This document shows, piece after piece, positions 62,117-64,000 of a stretch of 64,000 bases of DNA. The notes under the pieces are model-generated. The model was not told the origin of the DNA and did not search any database. It was given only the letters and a program-made list of their open reading frames with translations. This DNA comes from Alphaproteobacteria bacterium (lineage in GTDB: Bacteria > Pseudomonadota > Alphaproteobacteria > Bin95). The translations under genes and the position numbers were made by a program. Within the stretch, counting starts at the first letter, position 1; each line of letters opens with the position of its first letter. Where the stretch lies: positions 1,312,001 through 1,376,000 of the forward strand of contig OZ219786.1 of assembly GCA_964291285.2 (NCBI GenBank), given 5' to 3'.

Positions 62117-62379
62117 TCACGCCGGAGGCAGGGCCAGCGGAACGAGTTTCGACTGTCCGATCACCCGGTTGCGGGTAAGCAGGGGAACGTTATGCACGGC
62201 GCTGGTCGCCGCGATGATCCCGTCGGCCGGGTCGGCGCGGAAGTCGAGCTGGACCGGCTTTGCAAGCTCCCACAGCACGATGGCCGAAATCGACCAGCCG
62301 TTCCGCTCCAGCAAGGCGCTCTCGGCAGGCCGAAGCCCGCCGGAGAGGGCGAAAACGAGGATGTGGGTGTCAGGATTCG
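62117..62379 (-). pseudogene. vapC: VapC/PIN toxin pseudogene (no start codon, internal deletion)
   Basis: PNPDTHIL...SISAIVLWELAK runs almost directly into QLDFRADPADGIIAAT...PLLT; too short for a PIN domain. Confidence 0.75.
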
Positions 62380-62594
62380 GCGCCGGCGTTCCACTCGAGG
62401 CCCGTGCTGAAGATGTCGCCCCGGACCTTCACCTTGTGGCTGAGGCTGCCGATGAGCCCGGCGTGCCGCCGCTCGTAGGGAAGCAGGCGCGCGACCGGTT
62501 TTCCACGCCTGGTGATGACCAGGCCGTCATCGCCGAGGTCGTCCAGCAGGGCCAGGCACCGCTCCTTGAATTTCGCGGCGTCGATGGTCTTCAT
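62370..62594 (-). CDS. Phd/YefM family antitoxin
   Basis: MKTIDAAKFK..CLALLD......VITRRGKPVARLLP; GGAGG RBS. Confidence 0.88.
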   Translation of the reverse strand: MKTIDAAKFKERCLALLDDLGDDGLVITRRGKPVARLLPYERRHAGLIGSLSHKVKVRGDIFSTGLEWNAGAES

Positions 62595-62744
62595 CGTTCC
62601 GCCTCCCCGTAATGCGTCACAATTTTGCGGCCAGCCAATCAAAGTGTCCATATAGAAGCATGTGCGGCTGTGCCCGGTCCGCCTTGATTGCCCGGAGCGG
62701 AAATGCCATGCCTTGAGCCGGCGGCGGAACGCGGGGGACGCGGG

Positions 62745-64000
62745 ATGGCGGAATATCTGAAGCGGGGCCGGACGGCGGCCGAGCGCGCGGCGGCGGATGC
62801 GAAGGTGCGCGCGGCCGTCGAGGCGATCCTGGAGGACATAAGCGCGCGCGGCGACGAGGCGGTGCGGGCGCTCTCGGAGAAGTTCGACGACTGGTCGCCG
62901 GAGAGTTTCAGGCTTGGCGAGCAGGAGATCGAGCGGGCGCTCTCGCAGGTGGCGAAGCGCGACCTCGACGACATCCGCTTCGCGCAGGCCCAGGTGCGCG
63001 GCTTCGCGGAGCACCAGCGCGCCGCGCTCCGGGACATCGAGGTGGAGACCCTGCCGGGCGTCGTGCTGGGGCACCGCAACATCCCGGTGAACTCGGTCGG
63101 CTGCTATGCGCCCGGCGGGAAGTATCCCATCGTCGCCTCGGTGCATATGAGCGTGGTGACGGCCAAGGCCGCCGGCGTGCCGCGCATCGTAGCCGCCGCC
63201 CCGCCCGCGCAGGGCGGCGGGCCGCATCCGGCGACGGTCGCCGCCATGCATATGGGCGGGGCTGACGAAATCCTGGTGCTGGGCGGCGTGCAGGCCGTGG
63301 GCGCGATGGCGCTCGGCACGGAGACGGTCGCGCCGGTGGACATGCTGGTCGGCCCCGGCAACGCCTTCGTCGCCGAGGCCAAGCGCCAGCTCTTCGGCCG
63401 CGTCGGCATCGACCTGCTGGCGGGCCCGACCGAGACCCTGCTGATCGCCGACGACACGGTGGACGCCGAGCTCTGCGCGACCGACCTGCTGGGCCAGGCC
63501 GAGCACGGGCCGGACAGCCCGGCCATTCTGGTCACCAATTCGCGCGCGCTCGCCGAAGCCACCATGGCCGAGGTCGACCGGCTGCTGGCGATCCTGCCGA
63601 CAGCCGCCAATGCGGGCGCCGCCTGGCGCGACTATGGCGAGGTGATCCTCTGCGCGGACCATGACGAGATGCTGGCGGAAGCCGAGCGCCTCGCCTCGGA
63701 GCATGTGCAGGTGATGACCGACCGCGACGAGTGGTATCTGGAGCACATGACCTGCTACGGCGCGCTGTTCCTCGGGCCGCGCACCAACGTCTCCTACGGC
63801 GACAAGGTCATCGGCACCAACCACACGCTGCCCACCCGCCGCGCGGCGCGCTACACGGGCGGCCTCTGGGTCGGCAAGTTCATCAAGACGCATACTTACC
63901 AGCGCATCCTGACCGACGAGGCCTCGGCGGTGCTCGGCGAGGTCTGCTCGCGGCTCTGCATGCTGGAGGGCTTCGTCGGCCATGCCGAGCAGGCCAATAT
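62745..64000 (+). CDS. Histidinol dehydrogenase family protein, HpsN-like; runs off the right edge
   Basis: Hand translation (not in the ORF track): MAEYLKRG..., [53 protein letters not shown]. Confidence 0.88.
   Translation, partial: MAEYLKRGRTAAERAAADAKVRAAVEAILEDISARGDEAVRALSEKFDDWSPESFRLGEQEIERALSQVAKRDLDDIRFAQAQVRGFAEHQRAALRDIEVETLPGVVLGHRNIPVNSVGCYAPGGKYPIVASVHMSVVTAKAAGVPRIVAAAPPAQGGGPHPATVAAMHMGGADEILVLGGVQAVGAMALGTETVAPVDMLVGPGNAFVAEAKRQLFGRVGIDLLAGPTETLLIADDTVDAELCATDLLGQAEHGPDSPAILVTNSRALAEATMAEVDRLLAILPTAANAGAAWRDYGEVILCADHDEMLAEAERLASEHVQVMTDRDEWYLEHMTCYGALFLGPRTNVSYGDKVIGTNHTLPTRRAARYTGGLWVGKFIKTHTYQRILTDEASAVLGEVCSRLCMLEGFVGHAEQAN

Overview
This is a high-GC alphaproteobacterial (Rhodospirillales-like) chromosomal window. 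Its core (12.6-44.4 kb, minus strand) is the canonical translation/transcription supercluster: tRNA-Tyr, tRNA-Gly, tufB, tRNA-Trp, secE-nusG, rplKAJL, rpoBC, rpsLG-fusA-tufA, and the S10/spc/alpha operons. The left flank holds a rhodanese/TauD/CoA-transferase cluster, an intact IS3-family element, and a methylamine N-methylglutamate cluster (mgsABC-gmaS) extended by an EamA transporter, a gamma-glutamyltransferase and a one-cysteine racemase-family gene. The right flank holds rlmB, a 1-Cys peroxiredoxin, an oxidoreductase-SelD fusion, two CoA transferases, a MetE-like protein, an IS5-family element, a lipoprotein, tRNA-Arg, a BVMO, GST, a 2OG oxygenase, an amidase, an SH3b/MORN secreted protein, decayed SDR and VapC genes, and a partial HisD/HpsN-like gene. 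The most unusual signal is a two-copy dispersed element (~3.29-3.73 kb and ~51.73-53.05 kb). Each copy has a sigma70-like promoter, a 5' hairpin conserved in structure but not sequence, an identical 36-bp core, an ORF, and a terminal triplet of 10-bp-phased CATGACA repeats. The long copy encodes an orphan small-terminase-like HTH protein with no phage genes nearby, and the short copy looks like a non-autonomous derivative. All calls come from reading the sequence by eye; no database searches were run.
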